A stretch of DNA of 64,000 nt from an uncultured Gemmatimonadales bacterium (GTDB lineage: Bacteria; Gemmatimonadota; Gemmatimonadetes; Longimicrobiales; Gaopeijiaceae), in NCBI GenBank assembly GCA_963809895.1, contig CAWELD010000003.1, positions 160,001-224,000 on the forward strand, written 5' to 3'. Numbering within the stretch: the stretch's first letter is position 1; the number at the start of each line of letters is the position of its first letter. A model generated the notes under the pieces. The model made no database searches. It was not told the origin of the DNA and worked only from the letters and a program-made list of their open reading frames with translations. Below, piece after piece: positions 29,341 through 38,380 of the stretch. Both the position numbers and the translations under genes were made by a program.

Positions 29341-31560
29341 TCAGGCACCACCTCCGCCACCGCCGCGCCCGCGCCCCGGCGCTCCGGGACAGGGTCGGGT
29401 CAGCATGAACGCTGCCACGTCCGAGGCGTCCAATCCCGACAGGCGGTTGTAGCCGTCCACGGTCAACGCGCGCACGTGCAGGCGCTCGGAGAAGGCCCCC
29501 TGGTCACACCCGCCCAGCAACGTCAGGGGGTCGAGGCCCGCTTTGGTGAAGGTGCAGGTCGAGCTCCGCGTGAAGCCGTTCGCGGCGGCGGTCGTGACCG
29601 GCCCGTCCGCGTTGCCCGACGGAACCGGTGTCGACACTCCCCGCTCGGTGCGGAAGCGGAAGTGCGCCAGGCCTCCGGGACGGCCCGCGTCGAAGGCCAG
29701 GGCCACCGTGGGTGCCGGCCCGGTGAGCGTGACCACACCGCACGCCGGATCCACACCGATCCCGGTGCCCGAAACCGGCTGGACCTCGCCGCCGCAGCGG
29801 GCGTTGTCCACGTGCAGGACCATGCGGAACGCCACCGTCTTTCCGGCCTCGGTGATCCGGTGATAGGGATCGGCCACCGCGGTCAGCACCGGGTCGGTGC
29901 CGAAGGGGGCCTCGTTGGTGGCGTACCGCAACGTGATCCCCTCGTCCTCCCACGCCACGCGGGCTCCGGAATCGTCGAAGAGCTCGAGTTTGAGCTCGTA
30001 CTTCCCGGCCCTGGGATCGGCCAGCCCACACGAGGGGCGGGGTCCGTCGGGCCACGGCGGCGCCGAGGTCTCCAGGTGCGCGCTGGCCAGATCCTCGCGC
30101 TCGTCGGCCACCAGCCACTCGATGCCCCCGGTGGGGGGCTCCTTGGGACGGATCTGGAAGCGCCCGGCGTTGGCGCCCGCCGGCTCCGGGCCCATGACCG
30201 CCACCGGTGCCGTGCCGTCGGGCATGGTGTAGTGACGGATGACCTGCCGGCTCAGGGGCGTCCAGTCGGATTCGGTGCTCCCCAGGGGGCGCACGGACCA
30301 CAGGTAATGGTGGATCCCGTCGGCCGCCAACGCGGTGCGCCCGAACCAGACCCGCGGCTCCAGCTTGCCGCCGAAGGCGAAGCGCGCACTGCCCGATGCG
30401 GCGTAGGCGAATCCCTCTTCCGCCTTACCTTCGTCGGCTCCCGCGGCGCTCGTCAGGATCTCCCCGACGCTCACCGTGCGGCCCACCGACAGCACCCAGA
30501 CCTGCTTGCCGTCGAGATCCGGCTCGTCGCTGCAGCCGGGCACCCGGCTGTCGGAGACCCTCAGCACCACCTCCGAGCCGCATTCGTAGTCCCAGTGCGT
30601 CCAGCAGGGAAGCGGAGGCGCGTACACGGTCTCCCATCCGGCGCCGAAATCGTACTCGACACGGAAGTAGAGGTCCGGCTTGTCGCCGTCGCAGTCGTAG
30701 GGGAGGAGGAGCTGGAAGCGCCCGTTGGCGTCGGTGGTGACCACCGCCACCTCGTCGCACCGGTAGCGCCACCAACTGGGCCAGAAGCACAGATAGGGCA
30801 GCAGGAGGCGCCAGTTGTCCACCAGCGCGCGGCGAACGGCCGGCGTCGCGGAGGTGCGCAACACCGTCTGGAACTCCATGGGCAGCGCCGTGGACGCCAT
30901 CTGCGAGCGGCGCTCGAGGTCGAAACGGAAGAGCGGTCGATCGAAGGGCGCGGGATCCGGACCAGGCCCTGGAGGCAGGGGCGGCTCGGGAGGAAGCGGG
31001 CCGATGGGGGCGGGATCCGGCCGCGGTTCCGGCGGGAAGGGAAGGGGGATGGGCCGCAGCAGATCGTCGCGCAGCTTGAGGATGTCGCGGTCGGGAAGCT
31101 CCAGGATCCAGCGCGGGACTCGATCCACCTCGCAGATGCGGACCCGCGCTCCGCACACCCCGCGCTGGTCCGACGCGCGGATCACGCGGCCCTGCACGAG
31201 ACACAGGCAGAACGGCCAACCGTCGAGGATGCTCCCCGGAATCTCCACCTTCGTCGTGAGATCGCCCGCGATGCCTCCGCGGAGAACGGGCTCGAAGGCT
31301 CCCAGCGCCTGCAGTCGCGACGGTGCGGGCGCATCGTCCACGTCGGTGAGCCCCTTCGAGGCGGGGACCAGAAACACCCGGCTTCTGGCGACGTCGCCGG
31401 GCGACATCGACAGCGTCAGCTTTCCCGACTTGACGTCCCCGCGCTCGACGAGGTTCCCCTGTTTGTCGTAGACGAAGGCATGCAGGGACTCGTCGAAGTG
31501 GGGTCTGGCCTTGGTGGTGACCTCCAGGGTCACGTTGTCGCCGGTCTTTCGTCTGGCCAT
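29341..31560 (-). CDS. Hypothetical 739-aa Cys-rich multidomain protein (split transthyretin/carboxypeptidase-regulatory-like domain, Pro-rich insert, beta-sandwich domains)
   Basis: ATG 31560 preceded by GGAGG; VQGRV...GARVRICEVD and TTDANGRF...DKPDLYFRV; 16 Cys; no signal peptide. Confidence 0.85.
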   Translation of the reverse strand: MARRKTGDNVTLEVTTKARPHFDESLHAFVYDKQGNLVERGDVKSGKLTLSMSPGDVARSRVFLVPASKGLTDVDDAPAPSRLQALGAFEPVLRGGIAGDLTTKVEIPGSILDGWPFCLCLVQGRVIRASDQRGVCGARVRICEVDRVPRWILELPDRDILKLRDDLLRPIPLPFPPEPRPDPAPIGPLPPEPPLPPGPGPDPAPFDRPLFRFDLERRSQMASTALPMEFQTVLRTSATPAVRRALVDNWRLLLPYLCFWPSWWRYRCDEVAVVTTDANGRFQLLLPYDCDGDKPDLYFRVEYDFGAGWETVYAPPLPCWTHWDYECGSEVVLRVSDSRVPGCSDEPDLDGKQVWVLSVGRTVSVGEILTSAAGADEGKAEEGFAYAASGSARFAFGGKLEPRVWFGRTALAADGIHHYLWSVRPLGSTESDWTPLSRQVIRHYTMPDGTAPVAVMGPEPAGANAGRFQIRPKEPPTGGIEWLVADEREDLASAHLETSAPPWPDGPRPSCGLADPRAGKYELKLELFDDSGARVAWEDEGITLRYATNEAPFGTDPVLTAVADPYHRITEAGKTVAFRMVLHVDNARCGGEVQPVSGTGIGVDPACGVVTLTGPAPTVALAFDAGRPGGLAHFRFRTERGVSTPVPSGNADGPVTTAAANGFTRSSTCTFTKAGLDPLTLLGGCDQGAFSERLHVRALTVDGYNRLSGLDASDVAAFMLTRPCPGAPGRGRGGGGGGA

Positions 31561-31621
31561 GCGCGCCTCCGCTGTGCAGCCGCCTGCCGTAGGCGGTCGG
31601 AAAAGAAAACTCGGGGTGCGG

Positions 31622-31676
31622 AGAATGTCCGACGGGCGTCCCAGGGCCATCTCGTTCCCGTCACGCAGACGTCCCG
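31622..31676 (-). promoter_or_regulatory. SARP-type direct repeats (four heptamers, 11-bp period) with a -10-like hexamer upstream of 31560
   Basis: Minus strand reads CGGGACG-tctg-CGTGACG-ggaa-CGAGATG-gccc-TGGGACG, 9 nt, CATTCT. Confidence 0.8.
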
Positions 31677-31879
31677 ACCGCAGGTTGAAGATCTCTTGTG
31701 TTTTCGTCGACGACCGCCTAGACATTGGGGGCCGGGACGGCTCCCCACCGTCTCCGGCGCGTCCGGAGGCGCATGGACCGGACGCCGGCCGGTTCGCTCC
31801 CCGGGTTCGAGGTCGGGCGAGGTCGCGTAGGAGAGGGGCCCTCTCCAACCGGTCGCCACAGGGCAGCACGGGGTCGCAC

Positions 31880-32755
31880 ATGACCTCCCTCGCCATTCAC
31901 CTGTTCGGGGGCGTCCGGGTCCTGCTCGACGGTGAGCCGCTCGGACCGTTTCCCACTCGTTGGTCCGCAGGGCTCCTGGGCTACCTGGCCCTTCACCGCC
32001 AACGGCTCTTCCACCGCGACATCCTGGCCGCGCTCTTCTGGCCCGAGGAGCCCGACGCCCGGGCCCGCAAGGCGCTTCGCAACGCACTGTGGCGCATGCG
32101 GGCGATGATCGAGCCGTCACAGGTGGAGCCGGAGCGCTTTCTCGTCGTCGAAGGTCAATCCGTGGGCCTTCGCTCTGGTCCCGACATCTGGGTCGACGTG
32201 GAGGAATTCGAGGAGCATACGCGCCCAGCCGACGCTGGACCCGTCGACCAGCGAGGCGCTGGACGTCTCGAACGCGCGCTGGATCTGTGGCGCGGCGAGC
32301 TCATGGACGGACACGACCACGAGTGGTGCGTCTACGAGCGCCAACGCCTCCGCCTGAGGGTGCTGGCTGCGCAGGAGCGTTTACTGGAGTTCCACATGTG
32401 TCGCGGGGCGTGGCAGGCCGCGCTCCGGCAGGGCGACGCGATCCTGCATCTGGACCCGTTCCGGGAGCACGTGTACCGGAATCTCATGCTCTGCCACCAT
32501 TCCATGGGCGATCGTCCGCTGGCGGTTCGCCGGTTCCAGCGCTGCAGAGAGCTGCTGGCCGACGAGCTCGGCATCGCTCCCATGGAGGAGACCCGGACGC
32601 TGTACGAGCAGATCCGCGCCGGCGACGTGCCCCACGGCGACGTCGCGATCCGCTCCGTGGACTCCAGGGTGGGACGCGCATTGCGGCGGGCCGAAGCCGC
32701 ACTCACCGAGATCCGCGCGCTCACCGCCATGGACGGCGCCATGGAGCACACCTGA
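31880..32755 (+). CDS. AfsR/SARP-family transcriptional activator (winged HTH + BTAD), stand-alone
   Basis: IHLFGG, LLGYLAL, RDILAALFWPE, LRNALWRMR, WVDVEEFE, ALDLWRGELMDG, LDPFREHVYRNLM, LADELGIAPMEETRTLY. Confidence 0.92.
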   Translation: MTSLAIHLFGGVRVLLDGEPLGPFPTRWSAGLLGYLALHRQRLFHRDILAALFWPEEPDARARKALRNALWRMRAMIEPSQVEPERFLVVEGQSVGLRSGPDIWVDVEEFEEHTRPADAGPVDQRGAGRLERALDLWRGELMDGHDHEWCVYERQRLRLRVLAAQERLLEFHMCRGAWQAALRQGDAILHLDPFREHVYRNLMLCHHSMGDRPLAVRRFQRCRELLADELGIAPMEETRTLYEQIRAGDVPHGDVAIRSVDSRVGRALRRAEAALTEIRALTAMDGAMEHT

Positions 32756-32820
32756 CGCATGCGCCGGCCTCTCCGCCGTGGTAGCTTGCCACCGTCGCGG
32801 GATTCCGTAGGGAGGAGTGC

Positions 32821-33090
32821 GTGCGCTTCTGGGAAGGTCTGGTCCTGTTCGGGACGGTCGTCTTCATCCTCATCGCGGTGGTGGGCTTGATCCAGGTCCA
32901 GCGGAGGCTGAAGGCGCGCGAACGCCTGCGACTGGAACTGGCGCGGGTGGTGGCCGAGCTCGGAGACGGAGGCGTCGGCGAGGGTGCGCGAGCCCGGGAC
33001 GCCGGACCCCGGGGCACGGCGTCCGCCGATGCCGACGCCGCCGGTTCATCCCCCGACGAGCCGCCCCGGGGCGAGGCACCAACGCCGTGA
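32821..33090 (+). CDS. Small hypothetical membrane-anchored protein
   Basis: GGAGG RBS upstream; one N-terminal TM helix and a low-complexity tail. Confidence 0.5.
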   Translation: MRFWEGLVLFGTVVFILIAVVGLIQVQRRLKARERLRLELARVVAELGDGGVGEGARARDAGPRGTASADADAAGSSPDEPPRGEAPTP

Positions 33091-33197
33091 GCCGTGTAGC
33101 GAGGGTTCAGCTCGATGGGGCGGGCCACCTGAGCAACCTGGAATCCCCCCAGGCCTTCTCGGATACCCTCCTGGGGTTCCTGCGCGGAGTGCGCTAG
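33087..33197 (+). pseudogene. C-terminal remnant of an alpha/beta hydrolase
   Basis: VSRVARVQLDGAGHLSNLESPQAFSDTLLGFLRGVR*, the catalytic-His tail only; no GxSxG part upstream. Confidence 0.65.
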
Positions 33198-33207
33198 ACT
33201 CCCTGGC

Positions 33208-34155
33208 ATGAGATACGTGCCACTTCTTCTGGGGATGGCCCTGGCGTTGGGCGCCTGTCGGGAAGCCCCCGACGAGATGCCGGCGCCGCAGCCGGTGCTG
33301 GCGGCCGACCGGCCCCCGTTCGACGGCCGGGCGGCCATGGCGCTGGTGGACACCCAGGTGGCGTTCGGACCGCGGGTGCCGGGACGCGCCGGGCACGCCG
33401 CGCAGCTCGCCTGGATGCTGGACGAGCTCACGCCGCTCGCCGACACCGTGGTGGCCGACACCTTCGACTACACCCACAGCGACACGGGCGAGCGGCTCCA
33501 GCTCACCAACGTGTTGGCCCGCTTTCGCCCCGAGGCCCCGCAACGGCTGCTCTTTCTCACGCACTGGGACACCCGCCCCACCTCCGACGCGGCCTCCGAG
33601 CCCGAGGAGCGCGCGCTCCCGGTGCCCGGCGCCAACGATGGGGCCTCGGGAACCGCGATCCTGCTGGAGGTCGCGCGCATCCTCGCCTCCCAGGATCTCC
33701 CGGTGGGCGTGGACCTGCTCTTCGTGGACGGCGAGGACTACGGTCCCACGGTGAACGACATGTTCATGGGATCCGAGCACTTCGCCGCGAACCTGCCCGA
33801 CGGGTACGACCCCCGGTACGGGGTGTTGCTGGACATGGTGGGCGACGCCGAGCCGCGCTTTCCCATCGAAGGCAACTCGGCCGAGCGGGCGCCCGACGTG
33901 GCGCAGCGGGTCTGGAGCGTGGCGGCTCGTCTGGGCTACGGGCAGGCGTTTCCCATGCAGGTGGGGATCGCGCTGTCCGACGATCATCTGCCGCTGAACG
34001 ACGCGGGCATCCCGACCATCGACGTGATCGACTTCGACTACGGGCCCGGCAACGCCTACTGGCACACGCCCGACGACACCCCGGACCAGGTGCGCCCGGC
34101 CACCCTCGACATGGTGGGCGAGGTTGTGCTGGAGCTGATCTTCATGGGAGGCTGA
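33208..34155 (+). CDS. M28-family peptidase / glutaminyl-cyclase-like lipoprotein
   Basis: Lipobox LGAC; FGPRVPG, HWDTRP, GANDGASG, DGEDYG, LLDMVG, DDHLPL, WHTPDDT. Confidence 0.92.
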   Translation: MRYVPLLLGMALALGACREAPDEMPAPQPVLAADRPPFDGRAAMALVDTQVAFGPRVPGRAGHAAQLAWMLDELTPLADTVVADTFDYTHSDTGERLQLTNVLARFRPEAPQRLLFLTHWDTRPTSDAASEPEERALPVPGANDGASGTAILLEVARILASQDLPVGVDLLFVDGEDYGPTVNDMFMGSEHFAANLPDGYDPRYGVLLDMVGDAEPRFPIEGNSAERAPDVAQRVWSVAARLGYGQAFPMQVGIALSDDHLPLNDAGIPTIDVIDFDYGPGNAYWHTPDDTPDQVRPATLDMVGEVVLELIFMGG

Positions 34156-34157
34156 CG

Positions 34158-35129
34158 ATGGACTCCGACGGTACGGTGCGGGTGGCGGCGGTGCAGGCCG
34201 CACCCACCCCCTTCGACACTCCCGCCGCCGTGGATCGCGTGGTGGAGCGCACGCTGGAGGTGGGCCGCGACGGCGCCGACCTGGTGGTCTTTCCCGAAGC
34301 CTGGGTCGGGGGATACCCGTGGGGACTGGCGTTCGGCACGGCCGTGGGGGGGCGCAGCCCCGCCGGCCGCCGCACCTGGGAGCGTTACTGGCGCGGGGGC
34401 GTCGACGTGCCGGGTCCGGAGACCGCGCGCATGGGAGAGGGTGCCCGGGAAGCCGGTGTCCATCTCGCGGTGGGGGTGGTGGAGCGCGACGCCACCTTCT
34501 CCGGGGGCACGCTCTTCTGCACACTCCTCTACTTCGGTCCCGACGGCTCGCTGCTGGCCAGGCATCGCAAGCTCAAGCCCACGGCCGCCGAGCGGCTCAT
34601 CTGGGGCGAGGGCGACGGCAGCACGCTGCCGGTCCTCGAAACACCGCTGGGGCGTGTGGGGGGCCTGATCTGCTGGGAGAACTACATGCCCCTCGCCCGC
34701 ATGGCGCTCTACGGCAAGGGCGTGGAGATCTACCTGGCCCCCACCGCCGACGCCCGACCGCGCTGGCAGGCCACGCTCCAGCACATCGCCCTGGAAGGCC
34801 GCTGCTTCGTGGTGGGATGCAACCAGTACGTGACGCGCGCCATGTATCCCGACGACCTGGAGATCGCCGGCGAGCTCGAGGCCTGGCCCGAGGTTCTGTG
34901 CCGGGGCGGGACGGCGATCTACGATCCGGCGGGCGAGTGCCTCGCGGGCCCGCTCTTCGACCAGGAGGGCGTGGTGGTGGCGGAGCTCGACCGGGGTGCC
35001 ATCGCCCGTGGCAAGTTCGACTTCGACGTGACGGGCCATTACGCGCGGCCCGACGTCTTCCGCTTCCAGGTCGACGAGCGCCCCCGGGGCGCCGTGGACT
35101 TCATCCCGCCCGACGCGCCGGCTTCTTGA
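34158..35129 (+). CDS. Nitrilase (carbon-nitrogen hydrolase family)
   Basis: VFPEAWVGGYP, HRKLKPTAAER, LICWENYMPLAR (Glu-Lys-Cys triad), DVTGHYARPDVF. Confidence 0.93.
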   Translation: MDSDGTVRVAAVQAAPTPFDTPAAVDRVVERTLEVGRDGADLVVFPEAWVGGYPWGLAFGTAVGGRSPAGRRTWERYWRGGVDVPGPETARMGEGAREAGVHLAVGVVERDATFSGGTLFCTLLYFGPDGSLLARHRKLKPTAAERLIWGEGDGSTLPVLETPLGRVGGLICWENYMPLARMALYGKGVEIYLAPTADARPRWQATLQHIALEGRCFVVGCNQYVTRAMYPDDLEIAGELEAWPEVLCRGGTAIYDPAGECLAGPLFDQEGVVVAELDRGAIARGKFDFDVTGHYARPDVFRFQVDERPRGAVDFIPPDAPAS

Positions 35130-35214
35130 TCGGCCCAACCCCTTCGGGTTAGCCTCCCACACCCGGAAGGCCCTCCCGCTGTCAGCCGCCCCGCCACCCC
35201 ACGCGAGTCCATCC

Positions 35215-36432
35215 ATGAGCCCGACCGCCACCACCCCGACGCAGACTTTCCTCGACGAAGCCGATCGCTTCAGCGCCCACAACTACAAGCCGCTGCCCGT
35301 GGTGCTTCAGCGCGGTGAGGGCGTCTGGGTCTGGGACGTGGAAGGCACGAAATACCTGGACATGCTGGCGGCCTATTCGGCGGTCAACCAGGGCCACCGC
35401 CACCCTCGGATCCTGGAGGCGGCGCGGGCGCAGATGGACCGGCTCACCCTCACCTCGCGGGCCTTCCACAATGATCAGATGGGCCCCTTCCTCCACGAGC
35501 TCTGCCAGGTGACCGGCTACGACAGGGCGCTGCCCATGAACACCGGCGCCGAGGCCGTGGAGACGGCCATCAAGATGGTGCGCAAGTGGGGCTACCAGGT
35601 GAAGGGCGTGCCCGCTGGCCAGGCCGAGATCATCGTGTGCGCCAACAATTTCCACGGACGCACCACGACCATCGTCGGGTTCTCGTCCGAGGAGCAGTAC
35701 CGCGACGGATTCGGACCCTTCACCCCGGGCTTCAAGCTGGTGCCCTACGGTGACGTGGAGGCCTTCGAGGAGGCGCTCACCGATCACACCGTGGGATTCC
35801 TGGTCGAGCCCCTGCAGGGGGAGGGCGGGGTGGTGGTGCCGCCCGAGGGCTACCTGGCGCGCACCCGGGAGCTGTGCCGCGAGCGCAACGTGGCCTTCAT
35901 GGCCGACGAGATCCAGACGGGACTCGGCCGTACCGGCCGCATGTTCTGCTGCGACTGGGAAGACGTGCGGCCCGACATCCTCATCGTGGGCAAGGCGCTC
36001 GGCGGCGGGGTGTACCCCGTGTCCGCGGCCATCGCCGACGACGAGTTCATGGAGGTCTTCCACCCGGGCGATCACGGCTCGACCTTCGGCGGCAATCCGC
36101 TGGGTGCCGCGGTGGGACGTGCCTCGCTCGCCGTGATTGTGGACGAGCGACTTCCGGAGCGCTCCGCCGAGCTGGGTGCCTGGTTCATGGACCGACTCCG
36201 CGCCATCGATTCGCCCCACGTGAAGGAGGTGCGCGGCAAGGGCCTCATGATCGGCGTGGAGATCGAGGAGTCCTCGGGCACCGCCAGACCCTTCTGCGAA
36301 GCGCTGCAGGCCCGGGGGATCCTGGCCAAGGAGACCCACCACCAGGTCATCCGCTTCGCGCCCCCCCTGGTCATCGACGAGGACACGCTGGCCGACGCCC
36401 TGGAGCACGTGCGCGAGATCCTGAGCGCGTGA
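35215..36432 (+). CDS. rocD: Ornithine aminotransferase
   Basis: AHNYKPLPVV, AYSAVNQGHRHP, LTLTSRAF, MNTGAEAVETAIK, DEIQTGLGRTG, GKALGGG. Confidence 0.95.
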   Translation: MSPTATTPTQTFLDEADRFSAHNYKPLPVVLQRGEGVWVWDVEGTKYLDMLAAYSAVNQGHRHPRILEAARAQMDRLTLTSRAFHNDQMGPFLHELCQVTGYDRALPMNTGAEAVETAIKMVRKWGYQVKGVPAGQAEIIVCANNFHGRTTTIVGFSSEEQYRDGFGPFTPGFKLVPYGDVEAFEEALTDHTVGFLVEPLQGEGGVVVPPEGYLARTRELCRERNVAFMADEIQTGLGRTGRMFCCDWEDVRPDILIVGKALGGGVYPVSAAIADDEFMEVFHPGDHGSTFGGNPLGAAVGRASLAVIVDERLPERSAELGAWFMDRLRAIDSPHVKEVRGKGLMIGVEIEESSGTARPFCEALQARGILAKETHHQVIRFAPPLVIDEDTLADALEHVREILSA

Positions 36433-38030
36433 AGCGGCTCCAGGAGGCGCTCCGGGGGCCCAGGCTCCCCCTGGCCGTCGGGCTGGTCCTGGCCCTTGTG
36501 GGCCTGCTGGCCTGGCGGCCTTCGCCAGTGGGGATCTGGCACGACGACGGCGTCTACGCACTCCTGGGCCGCGCCCTGGCTCATGGCGGCGGGCTCCACT
36601 ACGTGGGCGTGCCCGGCGCGCCGCCGGCGGTGAAGTTCCCGCCGCTCTATCCGGCGCTGCTGTCGGGGATCTGGCTCCTCACCGACGACGTGGACGTCTT
36701 CAACCGCGTCGCCGTGGGGCTGAACCTGCTCTTCCTGGTCGTCGCCGGCGGTGCCTTCGCGCTCTACCTGCGCGATCGACTGAAGCTCTCCTCGCCCGTC
36801 GCCTTCGTGGGCGCCGTCTTCGGCTGGGCCTTCCTGGAGTTGTGGTGGACGGCCTTCGTGCCGCTCTCCGAGCCGCTGTTCCTCATGCTCCTGGTCTTCC
36901 TGTTGGCGCGGGTCGCCCGGGCGGAAGGCGAGGAATCCGCGCCCGCATCGCACGTCGGCGCGGGAGAGCTGATGGCGCTGGTGGCGATCGGGTTGCTGCT
37001 GGTCTACGCCCGTACCGCCGGCGTGGCGATGGTGGGGGGTGCGGTCGTCGGGTTGGCGTGGCGACGCCGTTGGAGGTCGGCCGGCGTGCTGGCCGCGGGG
37101 GTGGGCGTCGGACTTCTGCCCTGGGTGATCTGGACCGCTCGCGCCGCGGCGCGCGTGCCCGCACCCATGCGCGACATTCTCGGGGGATATTCGGGCTGGC
37201 TACGAGGCCAGATCGCCGGAGACCCGCTGGCGTTCCTGGCGGGGCTGCCGTCGGCGTTCCTGCTTCTGGCGCAGGGCTTCGCCCGGGGTCTCGCTCCCGG
37301 CGTGGGGGGCTGGGCGTTCACGGTGCTGGGCACGGCCGTGGTGCTGGTGGCGCTCCTGGGCCTGACCCGCTTGTGGCGGCGGTCGCCCGCTGCAGCGGCC
37401 GCGCTCGTGCTCTACCTGGGGATGATCGCGATCTGGCCGTTCCGCGATCCCCGTCTCATCGCCCCCGTGTTTCCCCTGGTGGTCGCCTGCACGCTGCTGG
37501 GGGGCCGCGTCCTCTGGCGCCTCGAAGCGCCACCGGCGCGGGCCGTGACCCGCGGCATCGCCGTCCTCTGGCTGCTCGGCTTCGCGGTGGGTGCCGGGAT
37601 GCGGCTCTTCGACGAGGGCGCCACGCGGCCCCAGGCCATCCGGTCGCGTCAGCTGGCGGGGACGATCACGGCCGTGGAGGAGATGACACCCCCCGACGCC
37701 GTGGTGGGCGCGCCCGAGCTGTGGGCCGCCATTCCCCTCTACACCGGTCGGCAGGGTGTGCCCAGCGCTCCTTTCCGACCGGGCGCCACCGACGGCCCCG
37801 TGTGGGGACGGCCCGTGGATCAGTACCGCATCTGGCAGAGCGCGGGACTCCAGTACGTGGTCACGGAGGCCGGTGGAAAGGTGCACGGAGCGGCGCTGGA
37901 CCGGATCCAGGAGCGATGCCCCGGGGCGCTTCGGGTGGCCGCCTCCTGGGAGGGGCAGTCCCTGGTCGAGGTGAAGTGGGACGACGCCTGCCGCGCCCGT
38001 GTCATGCGGGACGACGACGGCTCCCGCTGA
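36429..38030 (+). CDS. Polytopic membrane protein, GT-C-like glycosyltransferase
   Basis: HDDGVYALLGRALAHGGG, KFPPLYPALL, PLSEPLFL, RTAG; GTGA overlap with rocD. Confidence 0.7.
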   Translation: MKRLQEALRGPRLPLAVGLVLALVGLLAWRPSPVGIWHDDGVYALLGRALAHGGGLHYVGVPGAPPAVKFPPLYPALLSGIWLLTDDVDVFNRVAVGLNLLFLVVAGGAFALYLRDRLKLSSPVAFVGAVFGWAFLELWWTAFVPLSEPLFLMLLVFLLARVARAEGEESAPASHVGAGELMALVAIGLLLVYARTAGVAMVGGAVVGLAWRRRWRSAGVLAAGVGVGLLPWVIWTARAAARVPAPMRDILGGYSGWLRGQIAGDPLAFLAGLPSAFLLLAQGFARGLAPGVGGWAFTVLGTAVVLVALLGLTRLWRRSPAAAAALVLYLGMIAIWPFRDPRLIAPVFPLVVACTLLGGRVLWRLEAPPARAVTRGIAVLWLLGFAVGAGMRLFDEGATRPQAIRSRQLAGTITAVEEMTPPDAVVGAPELWAAIPLYTGRQGVPSAPFRPGATDGPVWGRPVDQYRIWQSAGLQYVVTEAGGKVHGAALDRIQERCPGALRVAASWEGQSLVEVKWDDACRARVMRDDDGSR

Positions 38031-38036
38031 GCGTCG

Positions 38037-38312
38037 TCACCACTCGACCGAGCCCTGCTTGCTGGTGTCGACCTGCTCGGCGTCGCCCTCGCCCAGAAGC
38101 ACCTCCTCCACCTGCTTGTAGAGGAACTCCCGGGCCTTGGCCTCCCGCGGATCCAGGCCGTAGTGGTTGATGAGCAGGGTCTGATGCTGAAGCCAGTCCT
38201 TCCAGCAATTCTGGCAGATCTCCGCGAGGATCCGCTCTCCCAGCTCGTTGCGGAACGGAGGACGGGCGAGCGGAGGCCCCTCGCCACAACGCCTGCACTG
38301 GATCGTTTCCAC
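38037..38312 (-). CDS. yggX: Fe(II)-trafficking / oxidative damage protection protein, YggX family
   Basis: PPFRNELGERILAEICQNCWKDWLQHQTLLINHYGL...AREFL. Confidence 0.85.
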   Translation of the reverse strand: METIQCRRCGEGPPLARPPFRNELGERILAEICQNCWKDWLQHQTLLINHYGLDPREAKAREFLYKQVEEVLLGEGDAEQVDTSKQGSVEW

Positions 38313-38380
38313 GGCCACCTCGATATACTGAAGATCTGCGGTGAGAGGCACCGTACCCTGTCCCCGTCGCGCGAGGTCCC

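Noticed and set aside
31637..31676. Heptamer arrays as CRISPR repeats or iterons
   Set aside because: Units are 7 bp with 4-bp spacers; no cas or rep genes in the window
29005..31830. 941-aa plus-strand ORF across the unknown gene
   Set aside because: Arg/Gly-rich shadow; the minus-strand ORF has the RBS, promoter array and protein-like composition
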